42,542 bases of DNA from Candidatus Muiribacteriota bacterium (GCA_051747805.1 JBNJGP010000011.1:1-42542), one strand, 5' to 3'. Numbered from the stretch's first letter, positions 33,545 through 42,542 are shown. Made by a program: numbers and translations. Notes: generated by a model not told the origin, from the letters alone.

Positions 33545-33786
33545 ATATATACTTATAAATACGCTAAAAAAATGATATAATCATTAATATAATCTTTAAT
33601 ATAAACATAGTATGCTTTTGAAAATAAGAACTTTTCACAAAAATAATAAAAAAATAGGTATTTTTAAGGAAATTTTTTAATTAAATCAAAACTCAATATA
33701 AAAATTGAAAGCCGAAATATAGGTTAAAATCGATAAAAAGGAAAAAATATAATATATACTATATTGAAAATCGACGCTCCGACCCC
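33519..33786. mobile_element. 268-bp MITE-like non-autonomous element
   Basis: Perfect terminal inverted repeats GGGGTCGGAGCGTCGATTTT (33519-33538 / 33767-33786), flanking AAT direct repeat, very AT-rich interior. Confidence 0.8.
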
Positions 33787-34586
33787 AATTGTCCTAAAAC
33801 AGCGTTGTGATGTGGAAGCATGGGAATGATTAAATTGTTATCAAAGTCCTGCTTTATATAATAATTTAAGGCTTTATTTTTAGTTAATCCGCCTACAAAA
33901 ATAATTGGATAATCTAAGTTGGTGAATTTTAAAAGAAGCTTTTTAAGACGTAGATAAAGCGAATAATTAACGCTGGCGGCCAATGTTTTTATTTCTACTC
34001 CATTTGATAAAAGGCCAATAAGTTCGCTTTCTCCAAATACAGCACATGTAGAATTCAGCGGTCTGGGATTTTCAAAGTAATCCCCTATATTATTAATTCC
34101 AAGTACTTTTTCCATATTTTCTATAAAACGTCCCGAGGAGGCGGCACATTTATCGTTGGTTGCAAAATCACACATTTTTTTATTTTGGGCAAGAATAACT
34201 TTAGTATCCTGTCCACCAATATCAAGCAGAATAAAATTTTCCAGCCGGCTTTGAAAAAGACCGCCCTTAAAATGGGCCTTTAATTCTGGGATAATAGAAA
34301 TGTTTTTCCTGTTGCCAACTAAATTCAGATTATTTTTACCATAACCAGTTACATAAATTTCATAATTTTTTATTTTTTTCATAATTTTTTTTAAATTAAT
34401 ATAAAATATATTTGTAGAAATAGAGGATAGTTTTAAGTACTTAAAAATATCATTACTAAAATTAACAGGGTTTTGGATAATATCTGAAAAATATGCTTCT
34501 TCAAATTTTATTCCCCCATCTTTGCTTTGTAGCGGTTCAATAATTTTAACTATTCTAGAGCCGATATCAAAAGATAAAATGTTCAT
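33759..34586 (-). CDS. Acyl-CoA dehydratase activase (HgdC/BadFG-type Fe-S ATPase)
   Basis: DIGS, TGYG, DIGGQDTK, NDKCAASSGRF, STCAVFGESE, GG. Confidence 0.9.
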   Translation of the reverse strand: MNILSFDIGSRIVKIIEPLQSKDGGIKFEEAYFSDIIQNPVNFSNDIFKYLKLSSISTNIFYINLKKIMKKIKNYEIYVTGYGKNNLNLVGNRKNISIIPELKAHFKGGLFQSRLENFILLDIGGQDTKVILAQNKKMCDFATNDKCAASSGRFIENMEKVLGINNIGDYFENPRPLNSTCAVFGESELIGLLSNGVEIKTLAASVNYSLYLRLKKLLLKFTNLDYPIIFVGGLTKNKALNYYIKQDFDNNLIIPMLPHHNAVLGQLGSERRFSI

Positions 34587-35566
34587 AGTATTTCAAAAAA
34601 GTTCTCCAGTCTCATTTTTGTTCTATTATCCAAAGTTCCAGGTTTATCTCCTTCAATAGTTAGAATAGGAACATCTGTTTTGTCCCTTAAAATAATATCC
34701 TCAATTTGTCTGTAACAAAAGCACTGTGTATAATGAATTATTCCATTTAGTTTTCTATATTTAATTTCTTTTTTTATTTTTTTTACTCTATAATTCATTC
34801 CGTAGGGATAGCTGTAATTAATATATTGACTGTAAAAATCCTCTCCTTCATAATCAATCATTGAAAATTCCCGCTGAATTTCATTAAAAATAATCCCTAT
34901 ATTATTTTTTTCAAAAAAGCTGTAAAAGTCAGAAAAAACTGGAGGTACTCCTATATAACCGAGGCGGAACATATAATCTACAGGGGTTCTTTTTTCAGCT
35001 TTAATTAAAAATTTATCTAGCTCTTTTTCATATAAAAAAATATCTTTGTTAAAATCAGAAGAAGTAACCAGCCATAAATGGTTTTCAAAAGAGGAAACTT
35101 TGCCTTGAATAGTTAAATTATCTATTATTTTCAGTTTTTCTCTAATAGATTTTAGTTTGTTAAAAATATTAAAAACCTCTTTTTCTGAAACATTAAAGAT
35201 TTTAAAAAGTCGATTAAATTCATTTTTCAGCCAGCTTAAATCCCGATTAAATGGATAGGAAAACTCAACTATTTCAACCCCGTATTTCTGCAGAACTTCA
35301 CAAAGGGCAAATGTATTTGAACAGTCTCCCCATACTGGAGCAATAATTTTTTTAATATTCTGCTCAATAATAGATGAAAAAATACCTTTTATCCATGAGC
35401 ATGAATTTGAAGGAAAACCCTTTTGCTCGGCTTTTTCAACCAGCAATAATGGATTGGAATGATTAACAAAATAATTGTTTAAATCTTCAGGTATATATCC
35501 AGCAGCAATTAAAATTTCAACAGGAACAGTTGTGGTGATTCCAATTATTTCATTCTTACTTTGCAT
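34583..35566 (-). CDS. 2-hydroxyacyl-CoA dehydratase family (HgdAB-like) subunit
   Basis: PVEILIAAG, CSWIKG, GDCSN, YTQCFC, EGD...R.ENF.E. Confidence 0.85.
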   Translation of the reverse strand: MQSKNEIIGITTTVPVEILIAAGYIPEDLNNYFVNHSNPLLLVEKAEQKGFPSNSCSWIKGIFSSIIEQNIKKIIAPVWGDCSNTFALCEVLQKYGVEIVEFSYPFNRDLSWLKNEFNRLFKIFNVSEKEVFNIFNKLKSIREKLKIIDNLTIQGKVSSFENHLWLVTSSDFNKDIFLYEKELDKFLIKAEKRTPVDYMFRLGYIGVPPVFSDFYSFFEKNNIGIIFNEIQREFSMIDYEGEDFYSQYINYSYPYGMNYRVKKIKKEIKYRKLNGIIHYTQCFCYRQIEDIILRDKTDVPILTIEGDKPGTLDNRTKMRLENFFEIL

Positions 35567-36108
35567 TTTGCAAGACCTGCACTCATAAGTTCAGTTTTAA
35601 ATTTTTCTAAAATTTTGTAAGTAAAAAAATGTATATTGTCAATTCCAATTTCTTCTAGACTGATTGTATCAACAGGTGTGTTTTTTGAATCGGTATTCAT
35701 CCCAAAATGAAACATTGTTGAAACACCAGTTTTAGTTGCTATTGAAATTGAAAGTTTGCGACCTTTTGTAAAAAATAAATCATCTCCGTCACGAATTAAG
35801 AGTTTATTAGTGTTTTTAAAAACTTCATCTTGAATAATTGAGGCAAAGATTCGTTGATAAAGAATAACCTCTTCTAAAGACGCAGAAAAAAATTCCCCGA
35901 TAAAATGAAGCATACCATCAGAATAAATTTCTTCATCATCTACAATATCTTCTAAATCAGCCATTTGGGATTGTGGAATATTACATTTGCCTTCAAAAGC
36001 AATAAGAGAATCGCCTAAAATTTCAAAATTTTTATACCCGAAATGAGCAGAAAGCTGACTGCCATCATAATCAATATTTTCATCTAAAAATTTAATTTTC
36101 AGCTCCAT
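35545..36108 (-). CDS. DUF366 family protein
   Basis: YDGSQL, F.G.C, D.ED, MLHFI.E, RDGDDL, KLSISIAT, HFGMN, K.R C-terminus. Confidence 0.85.
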   Translation of the reverse strand: MELKIKFLDENIDYDGSQLSAHFGYKNFEILGDSLIAFEGKCNIPQSQMADLEDIVDDEEIYSDGMLHFIGEFFSASLEEVILYQRIFASIIQDEVFKNTNKLLIRDGDDLFFTKGRKLSISIATKTGVSTMFHFGMNTDSKNTPVDTISLEEIGIDNIHFFTYKILEKFKTELMSAGLAKCKVRMK

Positions 36109-36133
36109 AAAAATCCCTTCAAAGTTTAATTAG

Positions 36134-36162
36134 ATAATATAAAAAAAAAGACGACAGGTCAA
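36134..36162 (-). promoter_or_regulatory. Sigma70-type promoter for the DUF366 operon
   Basis: Minus strand TTGACC-17 nt-TATTAT, then GAAGGG RBS before ATG 36108. Confidence 0.65.
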
Positions 36163-36197
36163 ATCGATAATTTACCATAATTTGATTTTATTTTTTT

Positions 36198-36206
36198 TGT
36201 TATAAT
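36198..36206 (+). promoter_or_regulatory. Extended -10 promoter candidate (divergent)
   Basis: TGTTATAAT about 50 bp upstream of ORF 36258. Confidence 0.4.
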
Positions 36207-36257
36207 TCATTGAATTAAAACCTTGTTAGCCATATTAAGCTGTGTTAAAATAAAAAT

Positions 36258-36491
36258 ATGACAAGAGGTCAGATTTTTACAATTGGGTTATTTTTTTTGA
36301 TTTTAATACTTGTATTATTCCCAGATTACATAGTTGATGAGAAAAATCATGAATATTATACTCAGAAGTTCCCATTGATTGTTTTTATTGTAATCTTTGG
36401 TGCTGTTCTATTTTCCCTGAATATTTTTATTGCAAAACTTTATAAAAAGAAAATAAAAAATATTTATGTTGAAAAAAAAAAGAAAAAATAA
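36258..36491 (+). CDS. Small two-TM membrane protein
   Basis: Two hydrophobic segments, basic tail; no clear RBS. Confidence 0.5.
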   Translation: MTRGQIFTIGLFFLILILVLFPDYIVDEKNHEYYTQKFPLIVFIVIFGAVLFSLNIFIAKLYKKKIKNIYVEKKKKK

Positions 36492-36503
36492 TAAAATTAA
36501 TAT

Positions 36504-36761
36504 ATGAAAAATAAATATATTGAAAAGTTATTTATTTATTTTACCAGGTTTAGAAAAATTGCCCCCTATACACTTATAATTGGAATTTTATTATTCTTTT
36601 TTAATAATTTATTTACTCCTGTTATAAAACACATTTCAATAGGTTTTTTAATTCACTTAATTCCTTTTATTTTTTATATTCAATTAATTGGGGGTATTTT
36701 GTTGCTACTTTCAATTGTTGCTTTACTGGTTCCTCTTTTTATGAAATTACTGGAATATTAA
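36504..36761 (+). CDS. Small membrane protein
   Basis: Largely hydrophobic 85-aa ORF co-oriented with neighbours. Confidence 0.5.
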   Translation: MKNKYIEKLFIYFTRFRKIAPYTLIIGILLFFFNNLFTPVIKHISIGFLIHLIPFIFYIQLIGGILLLLSIVALLVPLFMKLLEY

Positions 36762-36823
36762 TTAAGATATTATATTTTATAAAATTCACCTGTAAATATT
36801 TGAAATGTCTGTGAGGATTGATA

Positions 36824-37264
36824 ATGAAAGTTATTCCACGAAATATTTTGCTGGAAGAGATTGATTTATTAATTGCTAAAATTAATAATCTTAAAAATGC
36901 TCACGGTAATCATCCGGAATTTCTAAGCTGGCGTAAAGATGTTGAGATGTTTCTTGCATACATCTTTAAAAATAAAACAGTTAAAATTTATAACTTTTCC
37001 CACATAAAATTCTTTCCTGATTATTTTAGCGGGAAGATCGATGAGGAGGTGGTTTTTAAAGAAGGCTTAGAAGAGGCCAGGAAAATGCTTTTAGAGCATA
37101 GAAAATATCTTCAGAAAAACTGGCCGGAAAAAAAATTTAAAGAAAATCTTATAAGAGCGGAAAAAAAAGTTGAAGGATTTGTTTTCACACATTATATAAT
37201 CACCTCGGTCATAATAATTTTATTTTTTATTTATATTATTATATTTGTGCCAACTATGATTTGA
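36824..37264 (+). CDS. Helical protein with C-terminal TM anchor
   Basis: GAGG RBS before ATG 36824; C-terminal hydrophobic stretch. Confidence 0.7.
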   Translation: MKVIPRNILLEEIDLLIAKINNLKNAHGNHPEFLSWRKDVEMFLAYIFKNKTVKIYNFSHIKFFPDYFSGKIDEEVVFKEGLEEARKMLLEHRKYLQKNWPEKKFKENLIRAEKKVEGFVFTHYIITSVIIILFFIYIIIFVPTMI

Positions 37265-37274
37265 TTTTAAAAAA

Positions 37275-38207
37275 TTATCTGTTTTCGTCAACCCATTTTT
37301 TAATAGAGGATAAAGTTTTCTGCATTAAATCTTTTTCATCTACACCAATATGTTTTCCTTTCAATTCCACAGCTGTTAAGTTATTACCAGTATACGATTT
37401 TATCAGTTTTTTTGAAGACTCAACCGGAATAGTTCTATCGTGAGTTCCATATATAATCTGAATAGGGATATTGTTAAATTTATTAATATAATTAGCAGGG
37501 TCAGCAAAGTTTAAGTTTTTATGCAAAAACTCCCTTATTAAATAGTTAAAATAGAAAAAATCAAATTTAGATGGGATTTTTCCTTCAGCAATTAAACCCA
37601 TATCAGCTCCAGCATAAACTGAAGAAATCCCGGAAAACATATGGGAATTATTAGAAACCGGAGCCATGCCCGTAAAAGCACCCAGACTTGCACCAACAAA
37701 AAAAATGTTTTCGGTATCTAAAAATTCAACTTCATTTAAATTAACCAGAAGACAATTTATAAGTTGCATGGATTTTTCGGTGTATTTTGATATTTTATTG
37801 ATATTTAAAGTTATGTTTAAATCTGTAGTTTCGTAGGGAAAATAATAATCAATTGATAAAAGTGCAAATTCGTCTTTTAAAAAAGTGGAGTAATCTAATT
37901 TTTCTATTATATTTTTTCCATATTTAAAACCATTTAAAATAAAAACAACCGGAAGTTTTTTTAAGTCCGTTCCTTCAGGTTTAATTATTAAAAAATCAGT
38001 TTCTTGATTTTTATAATTTACACTACCCTTATGTAAATCATACCCATTATTATCGTTGGAATATCGTGATACGCTAATAGTTGAATTTTCTTTTACATAA
38101 TTGTCTGCCGGAAAAACAACTTTTTGTTCAGGATAAAGTTTTACAATAATATATGGGGATATAATCAACAAAATTAGAATTATAATAAAATATTTTATAA
38201 TTTTCAT
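37275..38207 (-). CDS. Membrane-anchored alpha/beta hydrolase
   Basis: N-terminal TM, GASLG nucleophile elbow, GTHDRTIP, KGKH; start likely ATG 38207. Confidence 0.85.
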   Translation of the reverse strand: MKIIKYFIIILILLIISPYIIVKLYPEQKVVFPADNYVKENSTISVSRYSNDNNGYDLHKGSVNYKNQETDFLIIKPEGTDLKKLPVVFILNGFKYGKNIIEKLDYSTFLKDEFALLSIDYYFPYETTDLNITLNINKISKYTEKSMQLINCLLVNLNEVEFLDTENIFFVGASLGAFTGMAPVSNNSHMFSGISSVYAGADMGLIAEGKIPSKFDFFYFNYLIREFLHKNLNFADPANYINKFNNIPIQIIYGTHDRTIPVESSKKLIKSYTGNNLTAVELKGKHIGVDEKDLMQKTLSSIKKWVDENR

Positions 38208-38373
38208 AAAAAAAATATTATCACCATTTATAAGAATTTTCAAATATCCGATAATTATAATAGAGTAAAAAATAATTTATGCTAAATTCCAGCAGGTTGG
38301 AAAGCTTCTATTTTTATGGATTTCAGGGTAAATTAAGAGTTAATAATAAATAAACTTAAAACGAGAGGGGATT

Positions 38374-38448
38374 ATGTCAAACAAACAATTTTTATCAATT
38401 ATATTAAAAAGTGCTTTAATTACAATAGGAATAATAATAATTCTATAA
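38374..38448 (+). CDS. Candidate 24-aa hydrophobic small protein
   Basis: GAGAGGGG RBS then ATG; MSNKQFLSIILKSALITIGIIIIL*. Confidence 0.4.
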   Translation: MSNKQFLSIILKSALITIGIIIIL

Positions 38449-38531
38449 TTAAATCAAACTTCATTAAACCAATCAGGGTAATGGGTAATTCTTTTATTTT
38501 ATTCTATTCTATTCTCTTCATTAAGAAAAAA

Positions 38532-38540
38532 TGATATAAT
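38532..38540 (+). promoter_or_regulatory. Extended -10 promoter candidate for the tamB-like gene
   Basis: TGATATAAT about 65 bp upstream of ATG 38604. Confidence 0.4.
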
Positions 38541-38603
38541 TAAACAACTAAAAAAGTATTTTTGGAAGTACAATTTTTAAAATAGAATGATTTGTTTCTA
38601 TAT

Positions 38604-41012
38604 ATGAAATATAAATTTGTTTTTTATTTTTTTTTATCCATTTTTTTCTTTATTATTATAATAAACTTTATTCCCTATTCAATTTCAAATTTTACCACTA
38701 GAATATTTGAAAATAAAGATTTAAAACTAGATTTTTCAATTTTGGATGAATTTAAAAAGATGAATTTCACCTCTTCTTTTATCAGAAAGCCCCTGGAGGC
38801 TTTTTTGAAAGGCGAGCTTATTACTCCGAATTTAGTAAATGATATTGAGTTCTCATATCCCGACAACAAAATTAAAGGGGTTTCCCGTCATAAAAATTTT
38901 ACATTTAAATATAATTTAAAAAAGTCAGATAATATTATATTCGGAGATATTTTCTTGAGTTTTGATTCAAACATAGATTTTGCGGGAAGTTTCAGATTTG
39001 ATTTAAAACAACAATATATTTTAATATATAATGCTGAACTTCAAACTCCTTATTTTTCCACTCCTGTTGAGATTATTTACAGCGATGCTACTCTTGAATT
39101 AATGGCAGGTAAACATTTAAAAGCCTTTTATAATTTAAAAACTGATAACATTGATTTTAATCTTGAGATTTTAGAGTTTAATGAATATTTTTCAGGAACG
39201 ATGAATTATAATTCTGGCGATTTTAAACTTTCCAGTGAAAAAGAGAGCATAATAGAAGGAAATATATGGCAGTTTTTTTTCAGCATGAATTACAGGCTCT
39301 CTACTTATTCATTAAACTCTGTAAATTTATCTAATATTGATTTTTTTATTGAATATGATGAAAAGCTATCTATTAAAGGGAAAGTTGAAGAAGTAGAATT
39401 ATATAATCAAACTTTTGAAAATTTATTATTTGATTATTTTCACCTTGAAAATAAGTTTGTTTTTAAAACAGTAGATGAAAAAATAAATATCGAGGCTGAT
39501 ACAGAGGGTAATTTTACTGGAAATATTAATAATTTATCGATAAAAAAAGAGTTTTATAATAAGAATTTCAGGCTTAATATAAGCGAAATTCAAATAAAGG
39601 GAAATTTCAATAAAATAAAAATAAGACCTCAAAAATTATCTATTGATTTTCAAGAGCATAAATATAACTATGATACAGGAGAGATTTTTTTTGAGGATAA
39701 TCAGGTTTATCTGAAAGGGGTTAGGTTTTCATATAAAGCTGATTACATAACAGTTAACGGAGAATTTGGATTAAATAGTCAGAATTTTGAAATAAATCAT
39801 TCAGGAAAAGAACCAGTTTTAATATATGGAAACAATAAAATTAAAAATCGAAACTTAAAAATAACCAGCCGGGATAAAATAATTAATTCTGAAGCAGAAT
39901 TTTCTGATATGCTTATTCAGGTGCAGGATATTCCGGTTAAACTATCAGGAAAAATTAATTACAGTTCAATAGAAGAAGAAAATACCGGTGAAATTATTTT
40001 AGAATATGATAGTGTTAAATATTTTTTCCTCTTGAATTTTAATAAAGATTTTTCATATTTTAAATTAAAATCCCAGGAGCAAGAAAGATTAAAATTAGAT
40101 AATGAATTTATTCTAACTCAAATTGAAGGGGATTTATTACTAGAAGCTTTTAAAGAAGATAATATTTATTTAATTGAATGTACTTTAAACTTAACAGACA
40201 GCTTTATTGAACTATTTGAAGTTCCTGATATTAAACCAGAACTCGAAAATAATGTTGAAATTAAAAGTATAGAACTTAATTTAAAAAATTTAAATTTTAA
40301 TACAGATTTAGCCAGTTACTTAATAAGTGGAAGGGTTGTTTATAATATGGATGAGTATAAAAATCGTATCGGACTTATTGTGAAAAAAGGGAATATGATT
40401 ATAGCCGATCAGAATTTCAGAATAACCGGAGGGCGGATAGATTATGTTTATTTTAAGAATAACTTTTTAAATGTTAACAATAAATATATTTATAGGTTAG
40501 ATGAGACAGAAAATACAACGTTTATGGATAATATATGGATAAACTTCAATTTGCACAAGACTTTTGGAAGATATGATATATTTGGAAATTTAACGGGATA
40601 TATAAAGGATCCTGATATAGATTTTTATTCAAATCCACCATTATCCACCGAAGAGCTTTATCAAAAAATAACTGATAATAAAATTGCAGAACTTGTTTTT
40701 GGTAAGCAGGCAGATGTCACCGATGTTGTTGATGTTTTTGGTATAGATAAGGCACTTTCAAATCGACTTGCACAGGATTTTAATATTGATAAACTTGATA
40801 TTCAGGCTCATGAGGATGACTTAAAAATAGAATTGGAAAAAGAAGTAGCCAGGGATATTGCAGTTACTGTTACTCATTCAACATCAGAAAGAGAAAGTAC
40901 TTATGGGATTATATATAAAATAAACAGGTATCTGCTACTTGAAGGCGAGGACGTAACAAATATATATTCAGAAAATTACAGGATGAAACTTAGATGGCTA
41001 AGGGAATTTTAA
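38604..41012 (+). CDS. TamB/AsmA-like translocation and assembly module protein
   Basis: N-terminal anchor, long beta-rich body, C-terminal G.I.DP.I.FYSNPPLS.EE DUF490-like motif; overlaps the Omp85 gene. Confidence 0.7.
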   Translation: MKYKFVFYFFLSIFFFIIIINFIPYSISNFTTRIFENKDLKLDFSILDEFKKMNFTSSFIRKPLEAFLKGELITPNLVNDIEFSYPDNKIKGVSRHKNFTFKYNLKKSDNIIFGDIFLSFDSNIDFAGSFRFDLKQQYILIYNAELQTPYFSTPVEIIYSDATLELMAGKHLKAFYNLKTDNIDFNLEILEFNEYFSGTMNYNSGDFKLSSEKESIIEGNIWQFFFSMNYRLSTYSLNSVNLSNIDFFIEYDEKLSIKGKVEEVELYNQTFENLLFDYFHLENKFVFKTVDEKINIEADTEGNFTGNINNLSIKKEFYNKNFRLNISEIQIKGNFNKIKIRPQKLSIDFQEHKYNYDTGEIFFEDNQVYLKGVRFSYKADYITVNGEFGLNSQNFEINHSGKEPVLIYGNNKIKNRNLKITSRDKIINSEAEFSDMLIQVQDIPVKLSGKINYSSIEEENTGEIILEYDSVKYFFLLNFNKDFSYFKLKSQEQERLKLDNEFILTQIEGDLLLEAFKEDNIYLIECTLNLTDSFIELFEVPDIKPELENNVEIKSIELNLKNLNFNTDLASYLISGRVVYNMDEYKNRIGLIVKKGNMIIADQNFRITGGRIDYVYFKNNFLNVNNKYIYRLDETENTTFMDNIWINFNLHKTFGRYDIFGNLTGYIKDPDIDFYSNPPLSTEELYQKITDNKIAELVFGKQADVTDVVDVFGIDKALSNRLAQDFNIDKLDIQAHEDDLKIELEKEVARDIAVTVTHSTSERESTYGIIYKINRYLLLEGEDVTNIYSENYRMKLRWLREF

Positions 41013-42424
41013 AAAAATTAAATTTTATATTACTTTTTTTTCTTTTAACGGGATTATTTATTTATGGTAAAGAACCGCCCAAAATTGAGAAAATCCAGTC
41101 AATTAGACTTATTACTAATTTTGACATTGAAAGTGCTGAAATTTTAAAAAGATTGTTAACAAAAGAAAATAACCCCTTGAATATTGAAGATTTCACAAAA
41201 GATATAAATTTTTTAAAAAAATATTTTCTTAAACAGGGATATACAATGAATATTATTGAAGAAATAAATGTTTTAGAAGAGGTTGAATCAATTGAGTTTT
41301 TAATACTAAAACCAAAAATTAAATTAGTTTCGGTTTCAGGTGCCAAAAAAACCCGTAACAGTTTTTTAAAGTCTAATATTGAACCCCGTGAGGGAGATAT
41401 TTTAAATATGGAAATTGTGAATAACACACTGAACCGTTTAAGAAAATATGATATTTTTGAAAGTGTTTATCTTCACAAAAATTATGATGAATCAAATCAT
41501 ACGATTGAACTGGAATTTGAGGTTATAGAAAAGTTAACCGGTGAGTATTCTATAGCGCTTGTTTATGATAATTTTTATGGTATTGGGGGAGAAGTTTCTA
41601 TACATGATTCAAATTTTAGAGGAAGCGGTCAGAAACTTGGAATTATACATCATTTTGGGCAGGTAGAGTTTTATGAGCTTTTTTATATGAAACCTTTTAT
41701 TGCCCGCAGTGATTATGATCTGGATTTATCAATAAAACAAAGCAGAGAAACTCGTAAAAAATATGATTCAGATGGAATTTTACAGTTTGAATACAATCAG
41801 AAGGAAACTAATTTTGATGTTGGGGTAGTCAGAGAAAATCATAATAGCAAAGAAAGATATAATTTTAGAAAAGAAAGATACAATCTGTCCTCGCCAATAT
41901 CCGAGACAAGTAAGGTTGACTGGCTTGAGTATAGTAGTTACAGGGAAATTTTCAGAGGAAGTCTTAATTTATCAATAGCAAAAACCGGAGGTTTTTTAAG
42001 AGGCGGTAAAAATTATTTTAAAACAGGCATCAGTAGAATTTATCGATACACTGTTGATAGAAATAATTCACTGCATATAAGAGCAAAATATGAATTTATT
42101 GATTATCCGCTTCATAAACTTGAAGAATTTGAAAAGCTTTTAATCGGAGGAGACGGAACCCTTAGAGGTTATAAGCAGGATATTTTTTCATCAAACAGGT
42201 ATTTTTTGCTGAATATTGAACAAAGAACTAAGTTAAGAAGCAATATTGAGTTGCTCCTGCATGCAGATTTGGCAGATATTAATAACGAAGTTAAGGTGAC
42301 TGGTGGAGGCGGAGTAGTATATGACCTTCCAATTGGAAACCTAAGGCTTAACTGGTCCGTTCCCATAGAAGATGACCTTTTTTCAAAAGGAATCACCTAT
42401 TTTTCTTTTGGTCATATGTTTTAA
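40994..42424 (+). CDS. BamA/TamA (Omp85) family outer membrane protein
   Basis: POTRA-like region (SGAKKTR), N.RGSGQ, GGDGTLRGY (VRGY equivalent), C-terminal FSFGHMF. Confidence 0.88.
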   Translation: MAKGILKKLNFILLFFLLTGLFIYGKEPPKIEKIQSIRLITNFDIESAEILKRLLTKENNPLNIEDFTKDINFLKKYFLKQGYTMNIIEEINVLEEVESIEFLILKPKIKLVSVSGAKKTRNSFLKSNIEPREGDILNMEIVNNTLNRLRKYDIFESVYLHKNYDESNHTIELEFEVIEKLTGEYSIALVYDNFYGIGGEVSIHDSNFRGSGQKLGIIHHFGQVEFYELFYMKPFIARSDYDLDLSIKQSRETRKKYDSDGILQFEYNQKETNFDVGVVRENHNSKERYNFRKERYNLSSPISETSKVDWLEYSSYREIFRGSLNLSIAKTGGFLRGGKNYFKTGISRIYRYTVDRNNSLHIRAKYEFIDYPLHKLEEFEKLLIGGDGTLRGYKQDIFSSNRYFLLNIEQRTKLRSNIELLLHADLADINNEVKVTGGGGVVYDLPIGNLRLNWSVPIEDDLFSKGITYFSFGHMF

Positions 42425-42542
42425 TAAAATCTAGGGGTCAGGTCTCCGGAATTCGCAAATGAAAATATATAATCCCATTAAATATCGGTTTTTAGGTTAT
42501 TTATATTTTTATTTTTTTTTTAATTTTTTATAATAAAATTAT

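Noticed and set aside
33519..33570. Tn3-family inverted repeat (GGGG...ACGCTAA)
   Set aside because: ACGCTAA is present only at the left end and at the wrong spacing, and there is no 5-bp duplication.
36109..36257. preQ1 riboswitch upstream of DUF366
   Set aside because: No recognisable aptamer, and the predicted leader is only about 20 nt.
38280..38345. c-di-AMP or c-di-GMP riboswitch
   Set aside because: Only superficial resemblance; the conserved core motifs were not found by eye.

Overview
AT-rich chromosomal segment from a diderm (lipid A-producing), probably anaerobic bacterium using the standard genetic code. It opens with a GC/purine-rich 58-bp tandem array and REP-like hairpins. 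A long + strand run follows: SH3b secreted protein, CpXC protein, ATP-cone nucleoside kinase-like protein, holB, ricT/PSP1, lpxI, lpxB, msbA, DUF374 acyltransferase, pyrG, four-carbon acid-sugar kinase, short TonB-dependent-receptor-like barrel with ExbB/ExbD/TonB, radical SAM-PDZ-DUF512, two YbjQ proteins, a hybrid histidine kinase and two secreted proteins. Next come a membrane class III adenylate cyclase, a secreted beta-rich protein and a tightly coupled - strand operon (cysteine desulfidase-like, HAD, M19 dipeptidase, receiver, atypical GluRS, degenerate ABC ATPase, permease). After that are yigZ (apparently ATT/ATA-initiated), a DUF366/2-hydroxyacyl-CoA dehydratase/activase trio, small membrane proteins, an alpha/beta hydrolase and a tamB-like/Omp85 pair. 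The clearest unannotated feature is a 268-bp MITE-like element (33519-33786) with 20-bp perfect terminal inverted repeats and an AAT duplication. It rewrites the C-termini of two convergent genes, and removing it in silico restores a stop codon for both. No rRNA, tRNA, CRISPR array or transposase gene was recognised.
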